Positions 63,041-64,000 of a DNA stretch of 64,000 nt are shown here, one piece after another. The notes under the pieces were generated by a model. That model did not search any database, had not been told where the DNA came from, and was given only the letters and a program-made list of their open reading frames with translations. The DNA lies in the NCBI RefSeq assembly GCF_036321535.1, contig NC_087437.1, positions 22,942,001 through 23,006,000 of the forward strand. Direction: 5' to 3'. The translations under genes were made by a program, and so were the position numbers. Each line of letters begins with the position of its first letter. Position 1 is the first letter of the stretch. The DNA comes from Camelus dromedarius. Lineage: Eukaryota.

Positions 63041-64000
63041 TTATAAGTGCTTAATATTTAGAAAACATTACCTATAATGCCTCTGTTATGCTAATGAGAT
63101 ATCTCTTTGATCTTTTAAAATTCAAGCAGTTACTAATTTTGTACTGTTATTATATTTTAAAGGATGTTTTTACATTTTCCTCATATTTCAGAGTGTGATC
63201 CATTAGAAACAATTCTGCAAAATATAAATTTAACTTATTCCAGTAGTTTCTAACACTTTGCCTTATAGAGGAGTCAGAAATAGTCATGCACAAGGGTATG
63301 AGGTTTGACATACGTTTCCTGTTGCCTTGAAAATCAGTTGCATAGCAGAGCCTCTTTCGTTGCCACGTTGCCAACAGCCTTGCAAGTGACCATGCCTGAG
63401 TTTCAATTAATACCTTCCCAGATAGAATGCTGACCCTGGAAGGCATTGTGAGCCCAGGCCTACTAAGAGCTTTGGCTTTGTAATGGAACCTGGGAAAATA
63501 TGTTTTTGAGAAAATATAGAAGTTTAAATATTCCATACAGATAAATATTTCATGCAAGAATCAACCTTGGTTCTTATCCTAGCCTTTCACTGTATCTAAA
63601 TACTTTGTTATCTTTATATTATTAATCCTTGCTCTCTGAGTTTGATTTCTGGATATATGTACATTTATTTCTTGGTCTAGCATCATTTGCTAAATTACTG
63701 CTGAATCTTCCTGGTTGCTCAATAGTCCATCACTGTTGACCTCGCAAGGACTCTTTGAACAGTGGCCTAATGCGGCTCTGTCAGTGACATGCAGAGGACT
63801 AGGGTACAATCCGACAACAAAGAGCTAGAAAGAAACTACCATCCTGCTTCATTCACTTTGCACAGTTATGTGATTGCTTAACTTAAGTCTTATGTGCCAT
63901 GTGTCTTAGTGTTTTCTTTTCTATGATAAGAATGAACAAAAATATTCTGTTGATTGGACACACAGAAACTGTTTGCATCAAGGACTCTCCGAATCTGAAA

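Noticed and set aside
63150..63557. 135-aa minus-strand ORF
   Set aside because: No recognisable homology, atypical composition and no supporting splice or promoter context.
1..64000. Scattered octamer motifs as a signal; CRISPR, prokaryotic systems or non-retroviral endogenous viral elements
   Set aside because: Several octamers are expected by chance in 64 kb of AT-rich DNA. I saw no repeat-spacer array, operon or viral-like ORF, though a tBLASTn against viral proteins would be needed to exclude a decayed viral element.

Overview
Mammalian non-coding DNA, AT-rich and dense in transposable elements. It is most likely camelid, because three tRNA-derived SINEs match the camelid Vic-1 type as I recall it. 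I found no protein-coding exon, RNA gene or CpG-island promoter that I can support. The only recognisable protein sequences are TE fossils: the L1 ORF2p C-terminus (9752-10264, minus), pieces of the MaLR internal ORF (about 14000-15100, minus) and a decayed CR1/L3 reverse-transcriptase motif (about 25840-25890, plus). The remaining ORFs in the track are antisense-TE, low-complexity or chance ORFs. L1 copies lie overwhelmingly on the minus strand, which suggests (inference) a large intron of a plus-strand gene whose exons are outside the window. The most notable structures are two multi-layer nested TE stacks (13.1-16.3 kb and 25.7-27.3 kb), recent insertions with clean target-site duplications (TSDs), and a few repeat-free islands with motif clusters, the best being an NF-kB/octamer/IRF-like cluster at 5.4-5.8 kb. 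I do not see evidence for a novel biological system. TE family names come from remembered consensus features, not from a database search, and boundaries of old elements are approximate.
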